From Hydrurus foetidus (taxonomy: Eukaryota), in assembly GCA_900617105.1 (NCBI GenBank), contig UYFQ01000056.1:124001-188000 (forward strand): a DNA stretch of 64,000 bases. Reading direction: 5' to 3'. Positions 13,693 through 27,683 of the stretch are shown here, piece by piece. The notes under the pieces are model-generated. The model had not been told where the DNA came from and did no database searches. It saw only the letters and a program-made list of their open reading frames with translations. Position numbers and translations under genes: made by a program. Within the stretch, counting starts at the first letter, position 1. Each line of letters opens with the position of its first letter.

Positions 13693-16600
13693 TCACAATA
13701 ACGACTGATTTAAGAAATCTACTGGACACACACCGTCTAGCACACAAGCCAAGGAATAAGACGCACGGTCGTTGTACTTACGCACATACTGCATAAATCT
13801 ATATTTATAGTCTAACTTAGTTTCAAACTCGCTTCTAACCGGAGGAATAAAAGTAGATCCGATATTATGACCATTTTGAAAATCAAATAAGGCCATGGAT
13901 GTGATAAAAGACAGTAAATTCTGATTTTCAAAAGAACCTTCTATGGTCGATATTTCCCCAGTAGTGTCGAGATAATCGCCAGTGAGTGTCGATATAGCGA
14001 TAAATTTGACTCTTCTCGAGTGCACTATGTGCTGCACCCCTATCAGTATGTCTTGTTTCGTTTCGTGGACAGGATTATCTTTTATGTTCGAACAGGTGTC
14101 GAGAGAGACGGGAACAAAATCTGAGGAAAAAGAAATAAAATGTTTCTGTCATGAACCAATGTGCTAATATTGTTAACTTTATGATGTTGTTCTGAACATT
14201 GTTGTTCATAGAACGTTGTTAATTATTGATAAAAATAGAATATGAGCATCAAAAATACGTGTTACCGGCTATTCTGGGATCGTATTGGTCATAACCGTTA
14301 TTCAGTTTCCGTATTCCGCATATTCCGTCCCTGTAAGAAGAGGCCCAGGGCTGCGCTTTGACTGAGTCAACCGATGTCTGGCTCCAGAAGGAATTCTCTA
14401 AAATACAAAATACAAAACACGAGGAATTAAATCACTTGTTTTGTATTGAACAATTTTATTAGTCGATGATTTACTGGTTATATAAAATAGAAGACACAAA
14501 TGGTTCGATTGCTATGCTAAAAATCATCCTCGCAAAATTTGTTGAGGGACTATATTGAGCAGCACAAGACACTCTAACTCTAACTCGTCACAGTTTTCAT
14601 TCGTGATTTAAGTAAAACATTCACAGCAATACGATAAGATAACATAAGTTAAGATAAATTGAAATAAGATGAGATAAAATAAGACATAAAAAGAGCATAC
14701 GAGAAATAAAATGTTGTCGTACGAAGGACCTGGGTTACTTGGATCTACGAATCTGGATTCTATAGCGGGTTGGCCGGTTCCGATCGTAATTTTCATTTCG
14801 TCCGGTAAAGTACAGATTGAATTTAAAGAATTGTCGGAACTAGTTTTATAAGAGTCATTCAAATATTTCGTCGTTGACACGCCTGTTATTTTGTTAACGC
14901 ATTTAATTTCCCAGGGAACATTTTCTTTTCTCCATATTTGATCAAAAGTGTCTAATTTATTGTCATAATTAACATCGTAATTAGTACGATGGTAATTATT
15001 ACGGAAATTTGTGGAACCGTTTCTAAATTTAACGGATTCCCAAATAGGTTGCATAATTGTTTTTGGTAATAAATATTCAATTGTTTGATAGTAAGTACGT
15101 ATTAATAACGGTACGTTATTTTCAGAAATAAAAACTATTTGGTCGGAGGTTCGATTTCCATCCGGATAAAAAGATCTGGACAATAAAAATGGCCCGTCAG
15201 AATAAGGACTATAAAGTACAACACTCATTCTAGTAAAAAGAGGTGCAGAGGTAGTGTTCTGAGAAAAAGAGGTAGTGTTTTGAAATAAAGAGGTAGTGTT
15301 TGTTGATTCCATTGTAGCCCATAAAACGTATTGTGAAGATTTTTTATTGTAGATAACTGTTGGTCTTTGCAATACGAATTTGCTATCAGATCCGTAAACC
15401 ATATCCGTGATATTGTTGTACAAAAATACGAATCCTTCGAAGTACCAATTTTTCAAATCTTGTGTACTGCATGATGCGATGCCTCCCACTAGCTGAGAAG
15501 AAAGATCAGACGAATACTGAGAAGAAAAAGAAGAGGGAGAGAAAGAAGGAGGGAAAGAAGGAGGGGAAAAGGGTGGAGGGGAGAAAGAGGGGGAAAAAGA
15601 AGGCGATGACGAAGGAGTTTCTGAGTATGAGTGTTCCGCGAATATCATTTGTCTCCCACTTCGCAACCTCTTGTCCACAACAATCGGGTCGGATTCAAAA
15701 AACCCGTGGCCCGTTTTTCCCCCAGAGGTGGCGGAATTTTCAAGCGGTGAGCGGCCTATTGTATTGCATTTGTATCGTAAGGATGAAAATTGACTTTTGT
15801 TGTTTGTTACGATAGTCTGTTGAATAAGCAGTCGTGAAGATGAGCGTAAGGATGCAGTATGTAAAAGGGAAAAGAGGAAGTCGGGTGCTTGATGTAAGGA
15901 AAAGCAATCGGCGATGAAGTGAAAGTGACTGATAGACACAGGGAGAATTTGATGCGACACCGTATAAAATAACACAGATATAAATGTTTTGAAGAGAAGA
16001 GTGAAATGTAGGACAATATTACAGAAATGAAATGGAAAATTCAGTTTTCGTGAGCGTTGATGACATCATGTACACACCGCAATCAAGCTGAACTGATGAG
16101 AGTGATGAAGTGGAGGTCCATTGGTTTGGCAATTCGCAATGTGAAACAGCACAGAGCATGTAGTGCACGTTTCTGTTCCTCAAGTTTATCTTGCAAAGTT
16201 ATTCATTCACATCACTCAAATTTACAACATCTATGGCGCACCTGTACGTGCTCCATTCTGTACGTACGTTAAAGAACCCGCAGGCAAATTATTTTTAGTA
16301 GTACTTTCACCGTAAGGTGAGTCGGCACTAGTAGAAACATCCAGATTTTGGTACAAAGCTCCTTGTCCATCAAACGGTATGGGGCCTAAGGTGTCTAGGT
16401 GGGAGTAGTGACGGGTCATTTTGTTGTGTGTGGAATCTGAGGTCCACGAATCGGTGACTTCTTCCTGAGACCAAGTGGAAGAGTGGGTTGTGCTTGTTTT
16501 AATTCCTTTTTTCTCCAATATGGGGCACTTGTATTCCATCAGAGTGTCTGGCCCTATGTACATTTCGTCAAACCATATAGACGTCTGCATGAATGGGTTA

Positions 16601-19600
16601 AGGGAGTTGTGTTAGAATGTGAAGTCGATTTATTTGACTTTGTTGAGTATCTAAAATAACGATCACAACAGGAGTTATCGGAAGTATCATGCAGATGGGA
16701 ATATAGAATCTGTGATCAGATTAAAATTGGAAAAATAAGATTAATTTGGGTAGTAATTACGGCGTAAACAGTGGCATTGCATTGGTTTCCCACATAATGA
16801 CGTCTGTAATGTACCAAATATGAAATAGAAAAATATATGTAATTTAAGATTATGATAGAGTCGTTGGTCATAGACAGATCGTGAATTCCACGAAGGAAAT
16901 CAAAACGACTAATCAATGAAGGAGTATGAGATTTGAAGTGGTAAAACAAAAACTAAAAATAAAAATAATAAGTGGTAATAAATGATGGACGAAAAAGTGG
17001 CTGTGATTCTCCTCCTCACCCCTCTAGTAAGAGACAATTTGAAACCGTCCACATGACTTGCTCGGAACGGAATGTCATCAGCAACGATCAAATCGTTCAG
17101 CATAATGTTGTACAAACCGGTTAACCAATTTAAGTGTATGTCCACTTTATACCAAATGTCGAATAAAGGATAGTGGTCGATTGTGTTGTTGTTTTGATTG
17201 TATTTATCGAAATTAAACGATGCTTTATAATTGGTGTCGTATATGATACCGTTACTACCTATGTATACACCGATGATCTGATCTGTTGACATATCATCAG
17301 TATCACTTCTGTTGGAAGCACTGTTGTCATTCGTATCGTTCATTTTAGTACTACTCAAACTATCATCATTATTGGTGTTATCTTGATTATAATCAGTGCT
17401 GTTTTTGTCACCATTATCACTACTACTATTCCTACTGTTTTGAATGCCATTATCGTGGAGTACGTTCTTAGAACAACTAACATTATCATTACTGATAACA
17501 CTATTTCGACTTAATAAAGTGAATAATCCCCCGAAATTAGTACTAGAATAAGGGTAATACTGCAGTCTAGTATAATAGCTGATTCTCCCTGGATTAGATG
17601 CTGGAAAAGATAAAATTGGTCCGTCAATTATACTCGATTTTGTCTCAGATTCATCATTTGACAGAAATAAGGCCGTTTTCGTGTTTTCTGCACCATTAGT
17701 TTTTTTCACAGAAAAATTTATTGATGTTTCTGTTTCCGTAAATTTTCTTCCGGAATTTCCGTTGTTTGAACAATTCGTATTTATAATATTCAAGTGATAA
17801 ATTGTTGTTACATTGTAGCTGTTTATGTGTATTTGGTTTACCTTCATGACGGCTATTTCAGTGATTTTATTTGATTGAATGACTTGACGAATATTTTCGA
17901 TTATAGAAGCTACACTTTTTGAATTTTTAATTGTGTCGTTTCCTGTTGCATTTCCACTTAATGGTACGTACATTTTAATACTGATATTAGTACTCACGGT
18001 GTGATTATTTGTAACTGAAATATTGTAGGTTCGTAATAAAAGTGGCGAAAGTGTTGCATTGAGAAACATTTCGCTCAATTTTGATATGGAATTCTCTGGA
18101 ATTGGTACTGGTATCATCGTAATTAGTGTGACATCTATTTCCAGGACAGCCAACTAATTAGAAAAAAATGACGAGTAAGGCACGAGAGGAAATGACGGGA
18201 AAGACAAGAGAGGAAATGACGGGAAAGACAAGAGAGGAAATGACGGGAAAGACAAGAGAGGAAATGACGGAAAAGACAAGAGAGGAAATGACGGAAAAGA
18301 CAAGAGAGGAAATGACGGAAAAGACAAGAGAGGAAATGACGGAAAAGACAAGAGAGGAAATGACGGAAAAGACAAGAGAGGAAATGACGGGAAAGACAAG
18401 AGAGGAAATGAAAAGACAAGAGAGGAAAAAAGAAAGAGGAAATGATTCACAGAGGAAATAAATATACAAGTAAACAAATGATGAAATATGATGGGAGGAA
18501 TATGTGAGAGAACAAGTAAGAGAACGAATGACAAGATAAATAGATGACAGTGAAGGAAAGGAAAAAACAAAGAAAGATAATTCAGTTTCAACTGACCGTG
18601 ATGTTTGATTTAAATATACCACACACTCCTCCACTCGCAATCAATCTGCCTTCATCTGTGATACTTTCACTGTAGATAGCAATACGCCCACCCCCTCCCC
18701 CGCCCCCCGACGCGGATCCGTCCGTCCCTCCCCCATACCCCCCACTGCCCCCCGATACATCCAACACACCGTCATTGTACACCACACCACCCGCAATGAT
18801 CGAAATAGCTCCTCCACTCCCCCTCCTCCCCCTCCCTCCGCCCCCTGCTCCCCATCCCCCCCCTTCATCAGCACCATGCCGTAATGACCCACTATAATGT
18901 CGTTAGCGGCCACAATTTCAATCACCCCTCCCCCCCCCCATGCCCGACCCCCTCCCCCTAATGGCATTCAGATTGTACAGCACACCGTCACGCACACACC
19001 CTCCACTTCCCCCTAACAAGTCACTGATCCTCTCGTCATTATAAACAGCACCCACAGGATGGGGCCCGTAACCCGCTCCTCCCGACCCTCCATAAGACCC
19101 CCCACCTCCACCAAATGCAAAAGAAAAGGGCTGGGTAACATTTAGAAGTGAAACTATTCTATCGGAAGCTTTTGAATTTCCAATCGTAACTATTACGGCA
19201 ACATCTATTCCGGTTAAATTTATACCGGAAACTTCCATCATAAATGACGGATTGTCCGACTCACTTCCCAGCTGAATTAGATGGTAAATACGATTAATAG
19301 GTCAGATTATGGAAGTGGATTTAGTGTGCCAGTAGTTGATTTGATTGATGATTTGCGGAGTGCATGAAATAGTTTCGAAGATGTGCAATATGACGTTTCT
19401 TCTCGCATAATTCTTCACTATGAAATAAAATGATTTCGCGACACCTTGATCAGAATGTAGACAGAGTAATTGTAAAGATTTGAGAATAGTGACTTGAAAA
19501 AAACAATTATGCCGTAGCATTCTTACCTTAGCCGGATATGCTACGGTATAATCCCCGTACGTACTGTTGGCCGTAATGTACCCGGACCAAGTTAGTCCCC

Positions 19601-22600
19601 CTGGGGGGGAGGGCCCGTCGGAACAGAATCCGTCATTGCAATTATCTGAATTGAACATTACACAAATTGTGTGAAGGGAAGGGGGAGGATGGAAGAGAAG
19701 AGAAGACAAGAGGAGAGATATAGAGAGGGAAAAAGAAAGAAGAAGAAAAAAGAAGAGAAGGAAAGAAAGAAAGAGAAAGGAATGTCAGGAGAAGAGAAGA
19801 AGAAGAGAGAGGGAAAAAGGAGATGAGAAGAGAAAGGATGAGAAGAGGAAAGAAGAGAGAACAAAGGAAGAGAAGGAAAGAAAGGAAGGAAAGGAAGGAA
19901 GAGAAAAAAAAGTTTCGGAGAAGAGAAGAAGGAGTCAGAAGAGCAAGAGAACAGAACAGTACAGAGGAAGAGAAGAGACACATTCCAAACATAATGTTAC
20001 CTGTTGGATTGTTTCTCGTCACGTACGTACTGACAACGTTCGGAAGTGCCAATAGAACATTCTTCAGACCTTCAGCAGTAGCATTCCATGATATTGGAGA
20101 AGTGGTAAAATTTTGAAATTTTATCGTATAGTTTCCACCAATTTGATTTCCCTATAAAAAAGATCAATTATGCAAATAAGAAAGAGTCATAATTTAATTA
20201 TATATAAATTAGTTATATTATGATGTGAATTTTTAAACTTTTTCATAACACCTGTGATCGAAAAAGAGAGAAAGGAAGGAAGGAAGGAAGGAAGGAAGGA
20301 AGGAAGGAAGGAAGGAAGGAAGGAAGGAAGGAAGGAAGGAAGGAAGGAAGGAAGGTCTGGTAGATTTGTATTAGTTGTATACTTATTTTACAATACACCT
20401 AAAAATTGACTTCAATCACAATATGTTACAGAATAATAAATTCAAAGATTAAGATAAAAAAAAATTAAGAACAAAAATGAAAGTGGATTCTGTATGTACC
20501 TTCGTTATCATCTTCACCGAAACATTTGCGCCTAGACCTTGAACCCATAATTCCAGAATATTAAAAAGTAAATAATGGAGAACAGTTTGATATGATATTA
20601 GTTTAGCATAAAGGTGTGGTACCATTATGATGTGTCATGTGTCATGTGTCATGTGTCATGTGTCACATTGCAATTGTGAACTAATTATTGGGATATGCAA
20701 GTGTACATTTTTACAAAAAAATGTAAAATGTAAAATGAAAAAGTAGGGTTCAATTTTGTCATTTGATGTGCTCTATTCATGCGGTATAAGTACTCCAAGA
20801 CATACCGGTCAGATTCGAAGATACGGTAATAAGATCGGACAGACCGATAGCCGTGAGCAGAGATATGCGCCACGTAAAACCCTGTCATATGAAATAATTC
20901 AAAAAAAGTAGATAGGATGAAATAGAACGAGATTAAATAGGATGAAGGATAAGTTAAAATAAATTATTAAATAGTGTATCACAGATTTCTCTTACAATGA
21001 TCCACTTCAAATCAGACAAACCAATGCTAACCAATCAGTCTCATCGTCACCTTCTCATTATCAGCATCCGACCTCGATACTAATATTCTGCCAAGGCCAG
21101 CTGGATCATTCAAAAGGCGCCCTGTACATTTTTAGATGGCGAATAAGATTTTTAGATGTAGAATTGGTGATTTTCGCTTTTAATAACATTGTTCTGAGTT
21201 TCCCAATATTGCTGACGATTGATTTCTTGTGTGTCGTGGTATTTAATTGAGTGCAATGATTGATTTCAAGAGCAGATGATACGGGTCATGAAATTGATCG
21301 AGTGGAAGAAATGGATATGAAGACACTCATGTCAAATAAATCAAAGCTCTGATTGTTGGGGACATCGAGTCACAATGAAGATCAAGAGAGATGGTGCGAA
21401 CACGTAATGAACACATTGCAAATCTATAATACATCATTAAAGGCAGCAAATATAACCGACAGATTTCTCTGAATGGATTACTAAAATATCAATACTACGG
21501 GAGCAGAATAAAATGGTTCCTATTTACTATAGGGCCCATACTAAACATGAACCACAACATTCTGCTCCCGTAATACATCATACCTTTCAGTGGTCCAATA
21601 TTTAATCGCTGCACAATGTCCATGAATTCTTTTCTACTCGCATCATAGGGTATAGCAGTACTCGTAAAGTTCTTGTAAGATACGGTAAAGTGCCCTCCTA
21701 TTGTTTGGCCATCATCCGCAGCAGTTCTCACTTCCTGCACTTCAATCACACTTTTCGCGGAAATTTGAATGTCAAACGGATACACTCCTAAACTGCCGGA
21801 CCCTGGACCGTTCAGATTCCAGCTGTTCACAGCACTGCGATGTACGTGCGTTCTATTGTCAGCACAATAATTATTTAGGTCACATATGTCCAGGGGGCGG
21901 GGAGGGGTGAAGAGGACTTCGGACCGTAAGATTCCAGAATTTCCGCCCCCTGAAAATCCCCCTAAGGTTCCGGGTTCAGCCTGATTGAAATAAAATAATG
22001 AAATAGAATCTTGAGTAATAAGTGACGTAGTGTTTAAGAATAGGCGAAGGAAATACATGGTGTAGTGTAATGTAGTGTCCAAGGCTCCTCGTTTATTCCA
22101 GGTCCACATTTAATGTGGACCCACCCCTATAAACTGTACCGTACTGCAAACTGAAAATAGTACGGTACGGCTAATTGTCGTGTATAGGGGTGGGTCCAGA
22201 CTAAACGTGGATCTGGAATAAACGAGGAGCCTTCTTGTGTTGTGTTGTGTTGTGTTGTGTTATGTTGTGTTGTGTTGTGCTGTGTTGTGTTGTGCTGTGT
22301 TGTGCTGTGTTGTGTTGTGCTGTGTTGTGTTGTGTTGTGTTGTGTTGTGTTGTGTTGTGTTGTGTTGTGTTGTGTTGTGTTGTGTTGTGTTGTGTTGTGT
22401 TGTGTTGTGCTGTGTTGTGTTGTGTTGTGTTGTGTTGTGTTGTGTTGTGTTGTGTTGTGTTGTGTTGTGTTGTGTTGTGTTGTGCTGTGTTGTGTTGTGC
22501 TGTGTTGTGTTGTGTTGTGTTGTGTTGTGTTGTGTTGTGTTGTGTTGTGTTGTGTTGTGTTGTGTTGTGTTGTGTTGTGTTGTGTTGTGTACAAGTTACA

Positions 22601-25600
22601 CGCAAAGTACGGCACTAACATCATGTTGTGTCATCTCATATCTTGTTACATCGTACAATATCGCAGAGTTGCGGAGATAAGCCTGAATAGAAGAAGAAGA
22701 GCACACGAACACAATGCTGCTATTTACAGAACACCGTATACCACACAACACATCCATCGAACAAAATCAAATAAAAGAAACTGGAATAACATAAGACAAC
22801 AAATCGCCAAAGTCAGATTTTACAAAATATTAAAAAACGATTGTACAAAAAATAAAAACAACTAAAACATAATCAACGCACCTGTATCGTAGAGTTTATC
22901 ACAGCACTGGACCTGCTCAACAACACCAACCCTCTCTGACCCACTAACCTAACATCCACTTCGGGACCTAAATAAATTGAGTGAAAACTAAATACAGCGA
23001 CTTCGGTACCAAATTTTGTATATCCCAAATATCCTGTAGAGTTTTCAAGAAATTTAATAAATCTTTCATAAGCGAGAATGTTCAAAATCGATTGCAGAGT
23101 TTGAGCTCTAGGGTTCATCCTTTCAAACACTATCAAAGTTGTTTATTCAAAATAATAAAAAGGTGTGGAATTGTCAAGTAGTATTTTATTGTCCGTAGCA
23201 AGTATCATTCTATTTGTGTTCTGATATACAGTTCTTACATTGGCGTTTTTAACACTTGAACTTTCTAAGGAGTAGCAATAATAAATAAAAAATAAAATAA
23301 AATAGGATAGAATAAACTGAATAATAATCGTCAACATGAGCATCGAAGTGAATATTACAAAAAGATTATAATAAAAATGAACTGTATAAATATAAATTCT
23401 TTCACCTTTTCCTTGCATTGCTCCACTTAGCATTAAAGATGATGTGTTGAAGATTATTTCGCACTGTACGTACGTGCACATTGATGAATTCAATGCATTC
23501 AATTCCTGCACTTCATTTCGATGCCATTTTATTATTTCCTCTCTTTCCCTTTCCATCTGTTTTATTTTATGTTGAATAGGGAAGATTATTTTAAGTGCAG
23601 TGCAGTGACATTAATTTTTCGACATTTTTTCCATGACAATGTGGTTTAATTGATTCAATATCACCAACTTTCATTCCATCTAATTCAATTCAATGTCTAA
23701 TTATCAATTCAATTTAGCATAGGACAGTACATCAAGCAATGTACATAAAATACAGCATCAAAAACACCCAATAAATACCTTTTTCTTCACATCTTTTCTG
23801 GATCGATATTTCGCGTCCATTGCAGCAGTTTCAATATTCTTAGTCATAAAATTAATTTCTCCTCTCAGATCTCTTATCAAAGATTGTTGTAACATAATTT
23901 GGGAATATAGTAGAGATGTATCTAGAATTAGTCCGTCATTCCTCTCTTCTGAATAGGAAGGAATGTTGAATTTTTCCGATGTACTGCTCGGATAAGAAAA
24001 TGGTGAAAAGTGAGCAGAACGTATGTACGTACTGTCGGATGTTGAAACGTACGTACGTGTTGTGTTCCTAACAGTTATTGTTGCGCTGTGACTGATGGCT
24101 TCTTTATTTTTCTCGTTTTGAGTATCATGTCGGACATTCTTTATTTCTTTGATTTGAATTGTTTTTCTGTTGACGTTTGTGTATTGGTGTCTGTAGTTTT
24201 TATTAAAATATTTTTTGTATTCTCTGAAATCGATTGAATTATTACTGCGTGATTGGAAGTCACTGATACTATAGTTACTTAATTTGTTTTCATCATTATC
24301 ATGACTAATGATTAGACTATCATTATCATTATCATTATGGATTTGGTTACTACCACTAGTGTGATCTGGATCGGTGCTAGGAAGATTCTCGTGCACTTCA
24401 CTATTCGTTTGAACATCACTATCACTATCTGCATGATGTTCATTATAATTGCTCTTTACACAATTGCTCTGACGCACAGAATCATTATCATCATTTGCAT
24501 CAATTGCAGGTGGATAATTTCCCTCCATGTTAAACCCTCTAGTGCCCATTCGCCAGTCCTCAAAATTCAAAAATACACTCGCAGGATAGAGGTTTCCTCT
24601 TTTGAACAATCTCAAGTAATGAGATATCTCATTTGTAGACTGATTGTGGACTAAACAAATTAAAGAAAAGGGAGTAAAAATAAAAAATAAACGGGGTAAT
24701 TGAGTTCGAATTCAATTTTAGGACACAAATTGAAATAACAACTTTTTACATCAGAATAAATTTTTTTGTACGATAAAAGAATGGAGGAAAAAAAAGAAAA
24801 GAACAGAAAAGGACAGTTTGATCGAATGATAATTCGTGATAAGTGTAGTAGAAAAAATGCACTGACCTGTTACCCCCCAATTGCATCTCCTGTTAGCTTT
24901 GCACCTATCGTAGTCGCTCATCTGAATATCGATATCAAGACTGTTTAGTCGATCTTGATCATATTCCCAGTAGATATGGGCGAAAATAGGGGAGTTTTGA
25001 CGGATAGTGGGGAGGGTGCCGGAGACGCCCCAAGTCGAATCCGTGCGTACGGTGACATTCCCTACGATGGGAGAGATGAAAAAGGTGGTGGGAAAAGGGA
25101 TAGAAGATGAATAGATGCGCGTTGTCGTAAACGAATCTGTAAATAGATGCACACATAAGTCAATGTAATATAAATTAGTCAATGTAATACAAATTAGTCA
25201 ATGTAATACAAATTAGTCAATGTAACACAAATTAGTCAATGTAATACAAATTAGTCAATGTAATATAAATTAGTCAATGTAATACAAATTAGTCAATGTA
25301 ATACAAATTAGTGACTGTAATATAAATTAGTGAATGTTACACAAATTAGTCAATGTAATACAAATTAGTCAATGTAACACAAATTAGTCAATGTAACACA
25401 AATTAGTCAATGTAATACAAATTAGTCAATGTAATACAAATTAGTGACTGTAATAGAAATTAGTGAATGTTACACAAATTAGTCAATGTAACACAAATTA
25501 GTCAATGTAATACAAATTAGTCAATGTAGTACAAATTAGTCAATGTGACACAAAATAGTCAATATTGTGGAAGAGGTGATGGAGGAGAGGGTGTTGGATG

Positions 25601-27265
25601 AAGAGCGCTGAGATGGAGATTGTTGAGAAGCTTTGAATTTAGAGACAAATAAATAAACAGGTAAATGACTGAATGAATGAATAAGTAACTGAATGAACAC
25701 ATCAACTTACAAAGAAATAGGTACATATAAACATGAATGAAGATATAAATGAATGTACAAATAAACAAATTTATAAACGATAGATTCAATATATAAATTG
25801 AGATAATACAACAAATTGAGCTGTGAATGAAAAAGAAAGTGAGACACGTAAAAAAATCAAAAGCTAACAACTAAAACATGAGAAACCCAACTGAAAAGAC
25901 AGGAAGATCGCTGAATACAGACAAAAAGAGCAGCAAAGCAAAACACTGTGTACCTTTGTACAATGCGCTACTTTGGTCGTGAACTTGGGTCAGTAATTCT
26001 GCGATGGTTCGGGTAACATTCATTTCCGTGTTGTCCCACTTAGAGGGCAAAACACGGAAATAGACATACACACTATCCACCGCTGATTTCTTCACGAACA
26101 ACACTTGAATTCGGTGATAAGCGATGCGTAAAGCTGTAGATACATCGTCTTCGAAAAATCTTTCAAATTCGCAATATTTTTCGTATTTTTCACTGATGTT
26201 TCGACTACAAGATCCTGAGAGCAAAAATACAATTAACTGAATTTAGATGGTAATTAGGAAATTGTTCTTTTTGAAATATCAAATATTTAGAAGAACGCCT
26301 TTCTTTTAAGATTTAATTTGCATTGGATGAGTTGTTGATAAAGTTCATCAATGTACTGATAATGTGGTGGATTTCAATTACGTGAAATCATACTACATTT
26401 CGTTCGTGAACAATATTGCTGACACAGTGAAGACAAAATGTTGAATCAAATGCACATTAAAAAACTGAACTGATAACAAAATCAACAAAAGGTCACGTAA
26501 CTTAGGAGCTCTTCTTGCGAATGAAACATTTCAACTTCAACATCATCATCGTGATGCCGTCAACAGACACTAAAGAGCGCTCCATCTTCGAATTCAACTG
26601 GCATGAACATGATCTAATTTCAACTTTAAGTACGCACCTAGTCCTCCAAGAGATATATAATCATCAGTGACTGCTGGGCCTCCCACTATTTCTATCGCAT
26701 AGGAGAGTTTCAAAGAGGCATCCCAGTTCGTCAATTGAACTCCGTACAATGGATCGATGTCGACAGTCACATTTGTGCCTCTGAACACAGAGCTGTTCGA
26801 ATCCTGCACTTTCATTGTTAGTTCTGTGACAGCCTCGAGAAGAGTTAAACTGTGTTTGTCCAGTCGCTCAATCATGACGAAGGAAACGATGACGTTTTCT
26901 GATTCCCAAGAGAAGTGAACAGTTCCTTTCGACACACTGGTGACGTAAACTCTATCTGCCGCAATGCCAAGTATAAATTCAATGTCGAGAACAAACTGAG
27001 TCTGAAACGTTTCACTGTTGATCGTGTTTCCAACAAATAAATTGTTGGGCGATTTCTTCTGATATGGGTCCCATATCAAGTTCTGTCCAGGCCCTTCATC
27101 TATAGGTCGATTGATCTTGACAGCCAAATTCGCATGTAGGACTGACTCGTAGGAAATATTACGAGGTCTGCTATCCCCGTACCAAAGGCTAGCGCTGAAG
27201 GAAGCGTGGGAAACAAAAAGTGCCAGAAAACTCACGATTAGGCGTATGACTGATTCGTCCCTCAT
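13693..27265 (-). CDS. Large secreted mosaic protein (about 19 exons): two SEA-like repeats, Gly-rich repeats, EVQ-type repeat, LamG-like segment, C-terminal GH43-like beta-propeller
   Basis: Consecutive minus-strand ORF blocks bounded by GT-AG sites from ATG 27265 (hydrophobic signal RLIVSFLALFVSHASFSA) to the stop at 13693. Duplicated module FVLDIEFILGIAADRVYV...TELTMKVQDSNSSVFRGTNVT / FEDDVSTALRIAYHRIQV...AELLTQVHDQSSALYKG-NVT. GGGGGSYGGSGG repeats; EVQEVRTAADDGQTIGGHFTVSY; STQDLKNW...VLQRPTVIYNKKSSQYVLW...SPYSDGPF. Exon count is approximate, and it could be two genes. Confidence 0.7.
18184..18427. repeat. Intronic 24-bp minisatellite, about 10 copies (GAGAGGAAATGACGG[G/A]AAAGACAA)
   Basis: Directly visible tandem array; it produces the spurious TREEMTGK/SFPSFPLL ORFs. 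Confidence 0.95.
20272..20355. repeat. (GGAA)n microsatellite
   Basis: Directly visible, intronic. Confidence 0.95.
22236..22590. repeat. (TGTGT)n pentanucleotide microsatellite, about 70 units with TGTGC variants
   Basis: Directly visible, intronic; it produces the spurious LCCVV/HNTTQ ORFs. Confidence 0.97.
25158..25563. repeat. Intronic 19-bp minisatellite (GTCAATGTAATACAAATTA), about 21 copies
   Basis: Directly visible tandem array with 19-bp period. Confidence 0.95.
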
Positions 27266-27412
27266 GATTTCAGCTCTGCAAACCTCAAATCGAGAAAAAT
27301 CTCGCTGATTGACTGAGCTCACAAAAACATTTCACAAGCAGTAGCCAAATGCTATTATCTATTTTCTATTTGCTACCAACACCATGAAGAAAAACGATGC
27401 GGGATGGGAAAT

Positions 27413-27683
27413 TGTCAGGTCTGTGGTCCGAAAACTATACGGTACAATCAGAATTGCTTATAGTATTACTGCGAAAGATTGTGAGTATATCAAGTGAGTG
27501 GATGTGTGAATGGATCGAATGTGTTGTGAATGGGAGGAGAGGAAGATCGTCAGGAGAAGTCGTGGTCGTCATCATCTTAGGTTCTCGGTCGTCATTTTCA
27601 GTTGGCGGTAGGGCGGCTGTTGACGGCCAGTTGGGTTTCAGTTGGATGTGAACTGTATGATGTGCAGTGTATGATCACTGACA
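27413..27683 (-). repeat. 3' LTR of the copia element
   Basis: 271 bp, no difference from 32915-33185 seen by eye; 6-bp terminal inverted repeat TGTCAG/CTGACA. Confidence 0.97.

Noticed and set aside
18135..18640. Repeat-peptide ORFs and possible CRISPR-like array
   Set aside because: Head-to-tail 24-bp minisatellite with no unique spacers, inside a eukaryotic intron; no cas genes.
19642..20116. Phe/Leu/Ser-rich and Arg/Glu/Lys-rich ORFs
   Set aside because: Purine-rich low-complexity intron sequence.
22127..22865. Cys/Val-rich and HNTTQ-repeat ORFs
   Set aside because: They are translations of the intronic (TGTGT)n microsatellite, which is open in most frames.
25158..25563. Possible CRISPR array
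   Set aside because: Contiguous 19-bp tandem units without spacers.
27397..27651. Duplicated small ORF (also at 32818-33153)
   Set aside because: Antisense reading of the two identical LTRs; no independent coding evidence.
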